From NCBI GenBank assembly GCA_008080735.1, contig SHMW01000009.1, positions 28,117 through 92,116 of the forward strand: a stretch of 64,000 nucleotides of DNA, given 5' to 3'. Shown in pieces: positions 1 to 9,929 of the stretch (position 1 is its first letter; each line of letters begins with the position of its first letter). A program made the position numbers and the translations under genes. The DNA comes from Promethearchaeota archaeon. GTDB taxonomy: Archaea; Asgardarchaeota; Lokiarchaeia; Sigyniarchaeales; SOKP01. Below the pieces are notes generated by a model, which was not told the origin of the DNA, did no database searches, and saw only the letters and a program-made list of their open reading frames with translations.

Positions 1-175
1 TTTGCCCAGTAGAAACAGAAAGCACATCTACCACAGCAATGATAAATCCATATTGTTTGGTAATTATTCCTTCATAGTCTTCGCTGAGAATTAATCGCGC
101 GCTGACTTCTTTGGGCTGACTAAATAAGAATGGAGGAATTTCCACTTTCGCCTCCAAAGTTATGAGTTTAAACAA
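1..175 (-). CDS. rpoE1: DNA-directed RNA polymerase subunit E'/Rpo7, N-terminal part (runs off window start)
   Basis: Manual translation from TTG at 175: MFKLITLEAKVEIPPFLFSQPKEVSARLILSEDYEGIITKQYGFIIAVVDV, the typical Rpo7/Rpb7 N-terminus; absent from the ORF track. Confidence 0.85.
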   Translation of the reverse strand, partial: MFKLITLEAKVEIPPFLFSQPKEVSARLILSEDYEGIITKQYGFIIAVVDVLSVSTGQ

Positions 176-316
176 CTGTTTGACACCGATAAAGAGGATA
201 AAATTTAGTTAAATGTCAAAATGAACTATAACATTAATATTTTGTGGTTGAAGAATTTCGCCTGTAGTCTTGCTCATTCTACTCATTAAACAAGCCTTAT
301 TTTTGGAAAATAAAAA

Positions 317-652
317 TTACCACTCATTACCTTCATTATTGGTAATTTGGCGGAGTTTATATTTTAAATATTCTATTTCTTGTTCTAGTGTATGTATTTG
401 AGAATTTAAAGTCATGATAATTTCATTCCCAAGTGATTTTACATCCTCATTCATAATTTCGTTATTACCAATTTCCTTTAGTATTGATTTGTCCACTTTA
501 TCAAAAATATAGGTTAATTGATAATTTTGTTCAATTTCTAATAATATTTTAAATCCCGTTGCTCCACGCAAAATCAATTGCTTTAAATATAGCAATTGTT
601 CTAATTTTGAGGATCTCTGTTCAAACTCCTCTTCAATCTTCTCTCTATTCAT
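317..652 (-). CDS. hypothetical coiled-coil protein
   Basis: 111-aa ORF with helical/heptad character, co-oriented with rpoE1. Confidence 0.6.
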   Translation of the reverse strand: MNREKIEEEFEQRSSKLEQLLYLKQLILRGATGFKILLEIEQNYQLTYIFDKVDKSILKEIGNNEIMNEDVKSLGNEIIMTLNSQIHTLEQEIEYLKYKLRQITNNEGNEW

Positions 653-886
653 TTATTTCTATAAATCCCAAGATCTTATTGTTTTTCTATTTCAATTTTT
701 ATTACGTTTTAAGCAGAATACTAAAGTTCAGTATAGTTTAGAATATAATCTTAATAATTATTTTAAATCTTATCGGATTCCATAGAAAAATCCTTTGGTG
801 AATATCCTATTTAAGGTTAAACCCTTTTTTAAGCGGTTCTAAAGGCATAAGGTTTAAATTTAGTGTAGGTAATTGATATATAGGAT

Positions 887-1474
887 ATGAAAATTGCGGT
901 GGATGTGGATGGTGTTCTTCTTGATTTAATGGATACATATTGTGAAGTTTATAATGAACAATTTGAAACAAATTATAAAAAAAGTGATGTTACTCGATGG
1001 GATTTTTTCGAGGAATGGGAAATAAGGGAAAGAGATGCGTTTGAGATCTTTCATAAAATATACGAAAATAGCTCAGATATTCCTTTTATTGATGAATATG
1101 CGTTATTTGTGTTAAAAGAAATAAATGAAATCCATCATGTTGATATAGTGTCAGCACGTAGCGAACAATATAGCGTACAATTAGGCGACACCTTGAAGTC
1201 TCATGGAATTATTGATGGGATCCATTATCAGCACCTCATTCTGGTCAATGAAAAGCCTTATGATATCAAACTGAGGTTAAATTATGATCTCTACATTGAT
1301 GATAATCCGCATCTAGCGTGGGCAATTAAAGAGAGAACAGAAATTGTTCTTTTTCTTTATGATCAACCATGGAATCGTAATATTAATGAAAAAAATAAAA
1401 AGAATATTTTTAGAGTAAAGAATTGGATCGATATTAATCGAGAAATAAAAGGTTTAGAATTACTTCTTGAGTAA
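887..1474 (+). CDS. HAD-family 5'(3')-deoxyribonucleotidase-like protein
   Basis: DVDGVL motif I, VSAR motif II, YIDDNP motif IV, C-terminal PWN...RV.NW. Confidence 0.85.
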   Translation: MKIAVDVDGVLLDLMDTYCEVYNEQFETNYKKSDVTRWDFFEEWEIRERDAFEIFHKIYENSSDIPFIDEYALFVLKEINEIHHVDIVSARSEQYSVQLGDTLKSHGIIDGIHYQHLILVNEKPYDIKLRLNYDLYIDDNPHLAWAIKERTEIVLFLYDQPWNRNINEKNKKNIFRVKNWIDINREIKGLELLLE

Positions 1475-1938
1475 CATAGATGGTAAGAAATGGGAGAATC
1501 AAGGATATGGTTATTAAACTCTGGTATTTTTTTTTGAAAACATTGAACTTACCCTCTGTTTCTTAATCTAATTGAAACGATTAACAATATCAAAATTTGT
1601 TATTTAAATCTATAAGGACCAAGATTTAACATCCAAATAGGGGCATCCCATGGGAATTCTATCCTTAAAATATCCTTAATAATAAAAGGCTTAGCAAAAT
1701 AGATATGAAAAATTAACGTATAATTCACTTCCTCTAAACGAATGTTGTTCCGAGCAATCTTTTTATTTTTAATTTATAAAGTGTGGCAGTCCAAATAGAA
1801 AAATAAAGATTACAGTACTAAGAACACTGAAAATGAAGAGTCTCGTAAATCTTAATTTTTTAATGGATCGCTTTAAATAGGACGAGTTTGTTGTATAGAT
1901 CGATTACATTTCGCAATTGAAACAGGGTGTTAGAGTAA

Positions 1939-2184
1939 ATGAGTAAGAGTGATCTCGAGATAATCATCATTGAAAACGTGCGAATTGATGGTGAATACTA
2001 TCCGTACTATCCCCTCATTAACTTAGAATATGCTGAAGAAACTTTAGGCTCAAGAATTTCAAGAAAAATAAAAGAATTGGCAAAAAGCATATTTAGAGCG
2101 TTTAGTTATTATAATAAGACGAGCGTGAGGGCAAAATACGGATCTACAGACGAAAAAGATGAAAAAGAGGATGGAGAAAAATAG
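1939..2184 (+). CDS. small hypothetical protein
   Basis: 81-aa ORF with ATG start and charged tail; no recognised motif. Confidence 0.5.
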   Translation: MSKSDLEIIIIENVRIDGEYYPYYPLINLEYAEETLGSRISRKIKELAKSIFRAFSYYNKTSVRAKYGSTDEKDEKEDGEK

Positions 2185-2401
2185 CATCCCAGTGGCCTAT
2201 CGTCCCGTAGTCTGATGGTTTAATTTTATTTATCAATTATTAACCAAAGAGCTAATTTTTCTCCTGGGATGATATATGATATATTCCAGATTGTATTTAA
2301 AACTCATCAGGCAAATTTAGTCTCGGGATTCAGAAAAGACTTTCCTAAATTTGCTAGTGCTCCTCTCCCTATCTCCAAACCCAAGATAACTTAGGAATTT
2401 T

Positions 2402-2995
2402 TGGGGGAATCCGAGTGTTTATCCATATTCATTTGGAGATTTTCAAGCTGTTGTTGACCTTACTATGTTTGGGTTAATCGGAGCGCTTTTTTTCATGATT
2501 ATTTCAGATCTTATTCGGGTTTTATGGGGTCCGGAATATTCGATGTTTAATTTTTTAACAAAATCCATTCTTAGAAACAAGGAATATAATGCTGTTGGTC
2601 CACAGATATATTTGGTAATAGGTGCAGTCTTTTCCTATTTACTTTATGCGGTTGGTTGGGTAGATATTATGATTGTATATTCTGGGTTATTAATAGCTTG
2701 TTTTTCAGATGCTATTGCTGTTTTAATAGGTCGAAGATTTGGAAATCATAAAGTTGAATGTATCGGTGGAGAAACTAAAACAATCGAAGGATTTATTGCA
2801 GGAATTGCTTGTTCATATATAATAGGATTACTTACGGTTGGTCCCTTTTATTCAATCATAGCAACGCTCATATTCTTTTTATTAGATTATTTTCCTTTAC
2901 GTGTAGCTGATAATATCCTTAATCCAATAGTCATAACTATTGTTTTAGGCCTTTTATCTTATTTTATTGGATTCCCTATTGGAATTTATAATTAG
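2402..2995 (+). pseudogene. 5'-truncated dolichol/phytol kinase-like (CTP transferase family) membrane protein
   Basis: Paralog of the C-terminal half of 6508..7659. Homology extends upstream of the ATG at 2465 (WGNPSVYPYSFGDFQAVVDLT vs WGEVSNYPYVLGSLEGIIDIT) to about 2400, then an in-frame TAA at 2387; the RKSFH motif is missing. Confidence 0.75.
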
Positions 2996-3116
2996 AATTG
3001 GTATTTGACGAATAAATTTTACATAATAGTCCAAAAGATAAGAAAAAGAATTTAAGTTATTAATTTGATTAATTTAATAGATGAATTCTTAGTTAATTAT
3101 TCTAAATCATATAATT

Positions 3117-3824
3117 ATGACTGCTTTGGATCCTAACCGATTTTATATGTTATATATTTATCAAGGAGCCTTACTTGTGTTTTGTTTATTTATAATATAT
3201 AAAATCTTGACACGTAGTAAGAAAAGACTAAATATCGTCTTTAGTATGGTGTATATTTGGAGTGCCGTTGGTTTAGTTTTGAATATGGTATTTGCTTTTA
3301 TTATTATTGAGGAGATTGTTCTTATTTTGGATTTTCTTACCAATTTTAGTGTCGCATTTGCTCCAATCTTCCTTTTGATTTTTAATATGATTTTATTGAA
3401 ATCAGAAAAATACATGAATACTCCAAAACAGCTTGGTATAATTGGAGTGTATGCATTAGTTTTGTTTTTAAAAATATTCTTTTTTGTAGATGATGGTGTG
3501 ATAGTAAATGAATCAACCGATTGGTTTCCCATATTTAGTCTTGCTTATTTATTATATGTAATTGTGATTAGTACTCTATTCACGACTATTCCTATATTAT
3601 ATACCAGTTATAGGATTTATAAGAGATTTGATGACCTTGATATTAAGAAAAGATGGAAATTTTTTATAGTTGGAGTAATTGGATTGATTTTATATATGGA
3701 CTTTGTGTTTATAGCTAATTATACTTCGAATATTATTGTATCAATAGGATTAAGTATTTCGCTGTTGGGCATCTTTTTCTATATATATGCTATGTATTAT
3801 GGAGTGGGGAGACAATTAAAGTAA
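3117..3824 (+). CDS. stand-alone 7TM membrane protein (HisKA_7TM-like)
   Basis: Seven hydrophobic segments; RWKFF before TM6 and a C-terminal YGVGRQ shared with 7864..8601. Confidence 0.75.
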   Translation: MTALDPNRFYMLYIYQGALLVFCLFIIYKILTRSKKRLNIVFSMVYIWSAVGLVLNMVFAFIIIEEIVLILDFLTNFSVAFAPIFLLIFNMILLKSEKYMNTPKQLGIIGVYALVLFLKIFFFVDDGVIVNESTDWFPIFSLAYLLYVIVISTLFTTIPILYTSYRIYKRFDDLDIKKRWKFFIVGVIGLILYMDFVFIANYTSNIIVSIGLSISLLGIFFYIYAMYYGVGRQLK

Positions 3825-3929
3825 TGATATGAGTATGTTTAAATAATATAATATTTCTATTAACTATCTTACTAAGATGATTAAAGAATTAGTTATTTAC
3901 TAATTCTATCAGTATAATATTTCTAATAC

Positions 3930-4105
3930 ATGGTTTTTAAAATGATAATGCAACTAGACCTTACACGTTTTATACAAGTCTACATAATCCAAGGATTAGT
4001 AATTGCGTTATACTTTTTTCTTGCTATTCGTACTATACAAAGAAATAAGAAGAGATTAAATTTAATATTTAGCGGATTCTATTTTTCTATCGGTATTGGG
4101 TTTCC
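3930..4105 (+). pseudogene. 3'-truncated 7TM protein paralog
   Basis: RFIQVYIIQG...NKKRLNLIFSGFYFSIGIG matches the first two TMs of 7864..8601; similarity stops at about 4100. Confidence 0.75.
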
Positions 4106-4537
4106 TAACTTTTTCTCAATAGCACTCAAATCCATATTCTTACCGTAAAATCTATTGAAAATAGCCGCGATTCTGGAAATAATGCTGAACTCCGTCTTCT
4201 CCAAATCTTTCCCATACATCTTATAATGTAAGCCCGATTTCTCGGAAACATATGGCGTTGTGTATGGATTACTAAGAACCCATCCATCAAACATTTCTGT
4301 GATATCTTCTCTAAACTGTTCGTACTGGGAGGAGGTAAGCATCGAACGTATCTCATTCTGATGGGTATTTGGAAAGAGGTTTATAAATTTATTATAGGAG
4401 CGTGTACTTAATACATCTCGGACCCAAAATATTGTCCTAGGTTGAGGTCTCTCCCTATCTAAAAATACCTTCTTTAAATAGTTGGAATCGTCAAACATAA
4501 ATTCTGAGAATCGATGCGTCTCGATCAGAAGATTCAT
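4079..4537 (-). pseudogene. fragment of an unknown soluble protein
   Basis: 152-codon ORF, GC-richer than its flanks; upstream frame broken by stops; downstream end interrupted at the 4101-4111 junction. Confidence 0.45.
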
Positions 4538-4658
4538 GATATCGCCCTCTCATTGGATCCCCCAAAAAGATCCTCATTCTCAAACTCAAGGTTGGGAGAT
4601 GCGATCCTTTTCAGACCTTAACGATGAGATGAAATTCCTTCTCATCTTTAGGAATTAT

Positions 4659-5030
4659 CTAAATTAGTTTTGCAATTTTCTCGGTCGTCCGTTTACAATC
4701 CAGAAAAATGAGCCCGAGTCGGACATCGGGAGTAGTGGAGACTACAAGCACCGCATTTGGACCTGCTGCGAGGACGAGTAGGTAACCATCCGAGCCTTTG
4801 ACCATAATCTGTTCGAGCTCACCTTTGCCCATTTCATGGGCGGCTCTTTCCCCTAGGGACAAGATAGCTGCGGTCATCGCAGCGATACGCGTCTCATCAA
4901 CCCCTTGCGGTAATGCAGACGCAATTGGAAGTCCTTCGACAGATACGATAGCTGTCGATTTGACTTCGGGAATAGCAGCAAGAAGTTGCTTCAGGATTCC
5001 ATCGAGAGTTTCACCAGTAGATTCTTCCAT
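4659..5030 (-). CDS. roadblock/LC7 (MglB-like) domain protein
   Basis: AIVSVEGLPIASALP...RIAAMTAAILSLGERA...GELEQIMVKG..GY. Confidence 0.93.
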   Translation of the reverse strand: MEESTGETLDGILKQLLAAIPEVKSTAIVSVEGLPIASALPQGVDETRIAAMTAAILSLGERAAHEMGKGELEQIMVKGSDGYLLVLAAGPNAVLVVSTTPDVRLGLIFLDCKRTTEKIAKLI

Positions 5031-5322
5031 AAGTTAAGTCTCCAAAAATGTGTTATTTTATGTAATGATTGGATGATATATTATTGTAACCTAGTAAGTT
5101 ATATTTAAACTTAGATTGATATTATTTAATTTTTATTATATTTTAAAACTTTTTTTGTTTTTTCAAATAGAACATATTACCAGATTATTAAGATTTAAAA
5201 CTCTTGCTAATAAATAAAAATTTCGAAAACGATATAATCGGATGGTTAAGCAAATGATGAGTAGATTCTGAGTGGAATCTGAGAGCAAATGTTGTTCATT
5301 CCATCGTGATATCGTGAAAAAC

Positions 5323-6399
5323 TTACATCCCTAAAGATTTATTATATGTCTGAACCGATTTAATCATAGCATATACATTTTCTGGTTTTAAAATTTCATT
5401 TATTTGTTGAGTAGGAGAAATAACTAAGCGAGAGTGAGATTCTTCGGCTGAATGTAATAGGTGTTGTACATAAGAGCGAACTTCTGAGGATTTTGCATAG
5501 GTGAGCATCGCGCCATTATCTATATTTCCGATGAAGCAGATCTCATCCCCGTAGGTTTCAAAAAGGGTAAAAATGTCGTTACCTGCATTTGGTTCGATAC
5601 TTTGGACAGCATCGAACCCCATTTCAATGAATAAGTCAATTATATTGTCAATGTAGCCATCAGAATGGAGGATGAGGTGATTTCCGTGTGAATGAATTGA
5701 GTTTGCTATTATTCGGTATTTCTCTAAAAAGAACTCTTTTATATAGGATTTCGGAATGAAATTCCGCTGATTGTATCCCATATCGTCTGCCACAAGAAAG
5801 ATTTTCGCACCAGCTGCTTGTAAAATTCCCACCAAATCAAGTATATAGTCAAAAAAAAAGTTGATAACAGTCCGTATAAGTGCTGGATTTTGGCGAAATG
5901 CTTTTGAAAATGTAAGAAATCCCATGGACTGCCATGTTTTTTCAAATAAACCGGGTAAAGATAACACAAATTCAATGCCGTAGGTTTGTGCTAAGAAATG
6001 CGCTAATATGTCGATTTCATTTTGCTCGGGAGGTTGAAGCTTCGACCAGTCCTTAACGATCCTTTCACTCTTAAAGACTCCATCCCATGAATACCATCCA
6101 TTCTTAATAATTCTTCCCCACGCATCGACTTTCTCATCTGATTTGGGAGGGGTATACTCAGAGTAAGTTTTTCCCCGTCTAAAATCCCAAAGAGACACTG
6201 CATCGAAGCCCATATTTTTAATCAGAGAAAAGTCCTTTCCATTTAATACAAAGTTATCATTTTCATCGGATTTAATGCCATATTGTTCGAGATAATTTTC
6301 CATAAATGCGTGTTCTGGATATCCCGTGCAATAGAGGGGAATATAGGTCCTTTCAGACTTCTTAAGAACTTCTGTGAACTGAATGATACTCTTCTCCAA
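5323..6399 (-). CDS. uroporphyrinogen decarboxylase / MtaA-CmuA family protein
   Basis: ADDMG, HSDG, GFDAVQSIEP, FIGNID and PENV motifs. Confidence 0.85.
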   Translation of the reverse strand: MEKSIIQFTEVLKKSERTYIPLYCTGYPEHAFMENYLEQYGIKSDENDNFVLNGKDFSLIKNMGFDAVSLWDFRRGKTYSEYTPPKSDEKVDAWGRIIKNGWYSWDGVFKSERIVKDWSKLQPPEQNEIDILAHFLAQTYGIEFVLSLPGLFEKTWQSMGFLTFSKAFRQNPALIRTVINFFFDYILDLVGILQAAGAKIFLVADDMGYNQRNFIPKSYIKEFFLEKYRIIANSIHSHGNHLILHSDGYIDNIIDLFIEMGFDAVQSIEPNAGNDIFTLFETYGDEICFIGNIDNGAMLTYAKSSEVRSYVQHLLHSAEESHSRLVISPTQQINEILKPENVYAMIKSVQTYNKSLGM

Positions 6400-6507
6400 T
6401 TTAAAATTTTAATTTGAATGGTTTTATTCTACATATTTAGGCAATTTAATTAGAAATTTATTTGATTAATTATTCTCAAATATAATTGAATTTTTTGTTT
6501 AGCCATT

Positions 6508-7659
6508 ATGAATTTTGTTATTTTGAATTATTGGGATATTGTTGGCAAGGCATATAATACGACATTAACTTTTATATTATTGGCAATCGTGTTTTTGATG
6601 GTGTATATCGGTAAAACGGGGCGCAAGAAGAATCCCTATGGGGGACTATCAACCTTTGTATGTGCTTCCTTGCTCCTTTTTGTAGCCTATTATAACTCGA
6701 TTATTGGGCTCTTCCAATACCCGCTCACCGGATTTATGATATGGTGGATTGGAATACTGATGGTACTTTTTGGAGGATTCGGATATTTAGTAAAAAAAAC
6801 AGACCGCAAAATGACCGAGGAGGATTTTAATACCTCAAACGGCGACTTACCGCGAATTAAACGGTACATCAAAAAGATGAAAAAACAAAATCCGTACAGA
6901 GAACAGATCCCGATAAAGATGGAAATCATTCGGAAAAGTTTCCATCTTACTGGATTATTATTCATTTTTGGCTATTTTGGATGTATTATACTCCCACCTA
7001 TTGCAGATTTGGCAAATTTAGGGATATTTATTTTGATTAATTCTACGGAGCCATTGTATAATGTACTATGGGGGGAGGTATCTAATTATCCTTACGTTTT
7101 AGGGAGTTTAGAAGGCATCATTGACATCACTTTATTCGGTCTTATTGGAGCATTTATGTTTATGGTCATTTCCGATTTGATCAGGGTTCTGTGGGGGGCA
7201 AAATATTCAATGTTTAATTTTCTGACCCGTTCAGTGCTGCGCAATCAAGAGCATAATGCTGTAGGGCCGCACATATATTTAATTGTTGGAGCAATGTTTA
7301 CATATCTCTTATATGTTTTAGGAGTTGTTCATATTTTAGCGTATACAGCAGGATTAATGATAGCCTGTTTTTCTGACGCGTTAGCTGCCTTAGTTGGAAG
7401 AATTTTTGGAAATAAAAAAGTCATTTGTATTGGAGGGCAAGAAAAAACCATTGAGGGCTTCATCGCGGGTGTTGCTAGTGCCTATTTATTCGGATTGGTT
7501 ATCGTAGGTCCTATCTATGCGATCATTGGAGCATTGATATTTTTCATTTTCGATTATTTTCCCATGGTTATCGCAGATAATATTTTAAACCCCATTTTTA
7601 TCACGTTAGGTATTCAATTATTCCAAGTTATCCTCGGATTTCCCTTAGGATTATTTTAG
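6508..7659 (+). CDS. dolichol/phytol kinase-like (CTP transferase family) membrane protein
   Basis: RKSFH, SDALAALVGRIFG, KTIEG and DNILNP motifs; multi-TM. Confidence 0.8.
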   Translation: MNFVILNYWDIVGKAYNTTLTFILLAIVFLMVYIGKTGRKKNPYGGLSTFVCASLLLFVAYYNSIIGLFQYPLTGFMIWWIGILMVLFGGFGYLVKKTDRKMTEEDFNTSNGDLPRIKRYIKKMKKQNPYREQIPIKMEIIRKSFHLTGLLFIFGYFGCIILPPIADLANLGIFILINSTEPLYNVLWGEVSNYPYVLGSLEGIIDITLFGLIGAFMFMVISDLIRVLWGAKYSMFNFLTRSVLRNQEHNAVGPHIYLIVGAMFTYLLYVLGVVHILAYTAGLMIACFSDALAALVGRIFGNKKVICIGGQEKTIEGFIAGVASAYLFGLVIVGPIYAIIGALIFFIFDYFPMVIADNILNPIFITLGIQLFQVILGFPLGLF

Positions 7660-7863
7660 ATGAGAAGCATCGGGTAATTGTTTTTTAAATTTTTGGCAAT
7701 TTTTTCATGGTCAAATTAGCAACTAATCATGGATAGGTCACTACAAGATGATATTATAGAATATAGTTTTTGATAATAGAGATAATGGAAATCATAGAGA
7801 TAAAATTAAATAGGTATTCAGTTAATAATTTATTATTATTGAATATAAGAATATTATTGGAAT

Positions 7864-8601
7864 GTGGTCATAATTACAGCTTTAGATTTAGATCCGATTC
7901 GATTCTTTCAAATCTATGTCATCCAAGGGCTAATCTTTATTGTATGTATTTTTCTAGGATATCGCACCTTAAAACGCAATAATAAACGAATAAACCAGAT
8001 ATTTTCAGGATTTTATTTTTCTGTAGGACTGGGATTGTTTCTCAATTTTATTTATGCACCCCTCCAGATTGAAGGTTTAGAGGCGGTCGTTCTGATTCTG
8101 AACTTTTTTACTAATTACTTTATTAGTTTAGGACCTATCTTTTTCGTAGTATTTGTACTTTTAATCTATAAATCGGGAAAAGTCATAGATAGTTATAAAC
8201 AGCTCAGCATCATTATTATCTACGGTGCGCTGCTTTTTTTGATGCTCCTTTTCCTTCCATTTGAGGGTGTATCGATAAATCCTGATACTAATTGGAAACC
8301 TGTTTACACTCTGGGCTTTTTTATATATCTTATGCTCGTGCTCTTTCTTGGGGCAACAATTCCTTCCTACTATTATGCTATAAGGATATATACCAATTTC
8401 ACCACAAAAGATCTCAAGGATAGATGGAAATACTTTATTCTTGGAATCACGTTTCTGTTTTTATTCATGTATGGAACCTTTTTTGCTAATTATTTAAATA
8501 TAGACCTTTTTAGGACGATATGGTCCATTATTGGATTATTTTTAGTTATTGCGGGAATCCTATTGATTTATTTCGGGGTCGGGCGACAAATTGAAAAATG
8601 A
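7864..8601 (+). CDS. stand-alone 7TM membrane protein (HisKA_7TM-like)
   Basis: Seven TM segments; paralog of 3117..3824. Confidence 0.75.
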   Translation: MVIITALDLDPIRFFQIYVIQGLIFIVCIFLGYRTLKRNNKRINQIFSGFYFSVGLGLFLNFIYAPLQIEGLEAVVLILNFFTNYFISLGPIFFVVFVLLIYKSGKVIDSYKQLSIIIIYGALLFLMLLFLPFEGVSINPDTNWKPVYTLGFFIYLMLVLFLGATIPSYYYAIRIYTNFTTKDLKDRWKYFILGITFLFLFMYGTFFANYLNIDLFRTIWSIIGLFLVIAGILLIYFGVGRQIEK

Positions 8602-8716
8602 ATCTTCAAAATGAATTTTAAATCATAGCCCTTTTCTTTTTTTATTATTAGCTCTTCTGGTATTAAGAATTTTGCTAAAGATAAAAAAAAATAGCACATT
8701 ATGTAAGGTAATTATC

Positions 8717-9562
8717 ATGATTGAATTAATTCCAGAATTAGCAGAGTTAGAGTTAGCTATTTTTGACCTAGACGGTGTTGTATATCGTGGAAGTCAATTA
8801 ATTCCAAATGTGGATTCGATTATTCAAACCCTAAAGGATAATTCCATTGATGTGGTATTTAATTCAAATAACTCCACCGCAACCAGAAAAGCGTATGTGA
8901 AGAGATTAACTAATATGAATATCCAATGCAAGAGAGAGGACTTTTACACAAGTGCATCGATTACAGCATCCGAGATAACCAAGTTAAACCAGAATGCGAA
9001 AATATTCGTAATTGGAGAGATTGGATTAAAAGAAGAACTCAAAGCAAAAGGTCATTATATAATTAAGCATAAAAAAGAATTCAAGCTCGTAGATTATGTA
9101 ATTGTAGGGTTAGATAGAGATTTTCACTATAAAAACTTGGCAATTGCCCAAAAATGTATTTTAGAAGGAAATGCGATTTTCTATGCTACAAATGCAGACT
9201 CTACACTACCAAGCGAAGATGGTCTAATGCCAGGGGCAGGAGTTATGGTAAACGCCGTCCAAGTTTGTACTGGTCATCCACCCAAGAAAATTTTTGGAAA
9301 ACCTAATCCCTTTGGAATTCTATCAATTTTAGAAGATAGGCAATTAAGTGCTGAAAAAACCTGCATTTTTGGAGATAGATTAAATACTGATATTATGGCA
9401 GGGAATAGGGCAGGAATTAAAACAATCGCAGTTATGACGGGAGTCACGAACAAGAAGGAAATTAATGAACTAAGGAAGAAATCACAAAATTCCGATAAAA
9501 TTGATAAAGATTTACTACCAGATCTAGTATTAGAAAATCTTAATGATCTTTTTGTGCGTTAG
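8717..9562 (+). CDS. HAD-IIA hydrolase (NagD family)
   Basis: FDLDGV, SNNS, GKP and GDRLNTDIMAG; ATG at 8717 preferred over TTG at 8672. Confidence 0.9.
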   Translation: MIELIPELAELELAIFDLDGVVYRGSQLIPNVDSIIQTLKDNSIDVVFNSNNSTATRKAYVKRLTNMNIQCKREDFYTSASITASEITKLNQNAKIFVIGEIGLKEELKAKGHYIIKHKKEFKLVDYVIVGLDRDFHYKNLAIAQKCILEGNAIFYATNADSTLPSEDGLMPGAGVMVNAVQVCTGHPPKKIFGKPNPFGILSILEDRQLSAEKTCIFGDRLNTDIMAGNRAGIKTIAVMTGVTNKKEINELRKKSQNSDKIDKDLLPDLVLENLNDLFVR

Positions 9563-9563
9563 G

Positions 9564-9929
9564 TTAGGCTAATTCTAATTCTCTGAGCGCCGCAATAGGA
9601 AGATATCCATTTTCCTGTCCGCTATCGAGATTATTAAGAACTTTTTGAGCAATTACCTCTATCTCTTTTTCGAAATCTTCTGGATCTTCAAGAATGTTCA
9701 ATATCAATACGACAAAATAATTAGAGGACGGACCAGAATAATAGGAAATAAAATTTATCGATTCTAAATTAAGCCACGCCGTTCCTTCTTGCCTGGAGTA
9801 TTGGTGCATGTTATATACTTGAAGTAAGGTTTTTTTAGATATACGAGATGCGATCTCCTTCGGATGTTTATCTAAAATTTCTATTCCACTTCTATTATTA
9901 AAATGGAGTAACAAGAGCCCTTCTGGCAT
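9564..9929 (-). CDS. small longin/uDENN-like alpha/beta protein
   Basis: GLLLLHFNNRSG.EIL...P start, beta-rich middle, C-terminal helix; fold inferred by eye. Confidence 0.5.
   Translation of the reverse strand: MPEGLLLLHFNNRSGIEILDKHPKEIASRISKKTLLQVYNMHQYSRQEGTAWLNLESINFISYYSGPSSNYFVVLILNILEDPEDFEKEIEVIAQKVLNNLDSGQENGYLPIAALRELELA

Noticed and set aside
209-286. 25-codon ORF MSRMSKTTGEILQPQ... upstream of rpoE1
   Set aside because: Too short, with no motif.
1600-1760. Open minus-strand stretch (IARNNIRLEEVNY...)
   Set aside because: No recognisable family and no convincing start.
2185-2222. GC-rich patch ending CTGATGG as a riboswitch, ribozyme or SECIS
   Set aside because: Lacks the remaining consensus elements of fluoride riboswitches, hammerheads or SECIS.
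3117-8601. 7TM proteins as rhodopsins
   Set aside because: No retinal-binding Lys in TM7.
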